Shown: positions 62,888 through 64,000 of the stretch, in pieces | Position numbering within the stretch: position 1 is the stretch's first letter | Layout of the letters: every line of letters begins with the position of its first letter | Source of the DNA: Octopus sinensis | Lineage: Eukaryota | NCBI RefSeq assembly: GCF_006345805.1 | Contig: NC_043004.1 | Span: 35,712,001 to 35,776,000 of the forward strand | Length of the DNA: 64,000 nucleotides | Reading direction: 5' to 3' | Position numbers and translations under genes: made by a program | The notes under the pieces: model-generated | What the model was told of the DNA's origin: nothing | Seen by the model: the letters and a program-made list of their open reading frames with translations, nothing else | Database searches by the model: none

Positions 62888-64000
62888 ACCAAAGTCTTAG
62901 TAAGTAGGAAGGCAGATAAATCCCTTCAGGTTGATGGCTCTGCTTGATCTGTGGAAAAGTCATAGGTAGAAACTCTATAAGATGTACCCAGTGTAAGCTA
63001 TGGACACATAAGAGGTGCAGTAATATCAAAGGAAGGTTAACTGGGAAGATAGTTTTGTGTGTGGCAGATGCACAGGTGCAATAAACACTGAAAATGTACA
63101 GAAAACAGATTCCAGCACATGCCAGGGTAAAGAACTAGAAGTAGTTGATAGCTTCTGTTACCTAGGTGACCAAATCAGTAGTGGGGGTGGATCCTCTGAG
63201 AGCATAGTTGCTAGAATATGAATAAGCTAGGCAAAGTTCAGAGACCTCCTACTTCTGCTGTTAAACAAAGGGTATTTCACTTAGAGTAAAAGATAGACAG
63301 TACAATGCCATGCTACACGGCAGTGAAACATGGGCTGTGACTGCTGAGGACATGTGAAGGCTTAAAAGAGATGAAGCCAGTATGCTCCACTGGATGTATA
63401 ATGTCAGCGTGCATACATGACAGAGTGTAAGCTCCTTGAGAGAAAAGTTGGACATAAAAAGCATCAGATGTGGTGTGCAAGAGAGATGACTGTGCTGGTA
63501 TGATCACGTGATGTATATAGATGAGGACAGCTGCGTGAAGAAGTGTCACACCCTAACAGTGGAGGGAATCTGTGGAAGAGGTAGACCCAGAAAGTCATGG
63601 GATGAGATGGTGAAGCACGACCTTCAAACGTTGGACTTTGCAAAAGCAATGACAAGCAACTGAGACCTTTGAAGATATTCTGTGCTTGAGAAGACCCAGC
63701 AAGCTAAGTGAGATCATAGCCATGGCTGATACCAGTGTCACATAACTGGCTCATTTAAAAGTAGCCTTCAATCATTGGGTGATATGGTGTGCTTGTGAAG
63801 ACCTGTTGAACTGAGTGAAATTGTAGTCGTGGCACATAAAAAACACCATTCAAGTGGGGCCAGTGCCACCTGACTGACACTCAGGCTGGTGGCAGATAAA
63901 AAGCACCCACTACACTCTTGGAATTGTTGGTGTTAGGAAGGGCATCCAGATATAGAAACCTTGCCAAATCAGATTGGAGCCTGGTGCAGCCTCCTGGCTT
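62888..64000 (+). mobile_element. 5'-truncated RTE including PHD-like insert, runs off window edge
   Basis: TKVLVSRKAD..CLICGKVIGRNSIRCTQCKLWTHKRCSNIKGRLTGK..YLGDQ..MLHGSETW..GRGRP, followed by the 3' UTR. Confidence 0.9.

Noticed and set aside
10331-64000. Strand bias of RTE coding fragments (8 on +, 1 on -) as evidence of a minus-strand host gene
   Set aside because: Numbers are small, RTE tail-only copies fall on both strands, and the older LINE relics are mostly on minus.

Overview
AT-rich, microsatellite-dense eukaryotic DNA that is intronic or intergenic. The repeat families resemble those of Octopus genomes; this is inferred from recall, not from a search. I cannot support any intact host protein-coding exon, rRNA, functional tRNA or CRISPR array, and almost all six-frame ORFs are microsatellite translations or antisense frames of repeats. 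The window holds: (i) one full-length, decayed DD34E Tc1 transposon with 224-bp IR/DR-type TIRs, directly flanked by an unusual 158-178-bp direct repeat; (ii) nine coding fragments and many (GAT)n-tailed 3' ends of an RTE-clade LINE whose RT carries an inserted C4HC3 PHD-like finger; (iii) several tRNA-derived SINE families; (iv) TTAA MITEs, Helentron/DINE-like elements and a 204-bp fold-back; (v) very old L1/Tx1, L2-like and CR1 RT relics. The best lead is a 322-bp insertion with a 12-bp TSD that joins a tRNA-like Pol III head to a minimal Penelope-type hammerhead ribozyme motif and an inverted 3' tail. A second family carries a variant hammerhead core.
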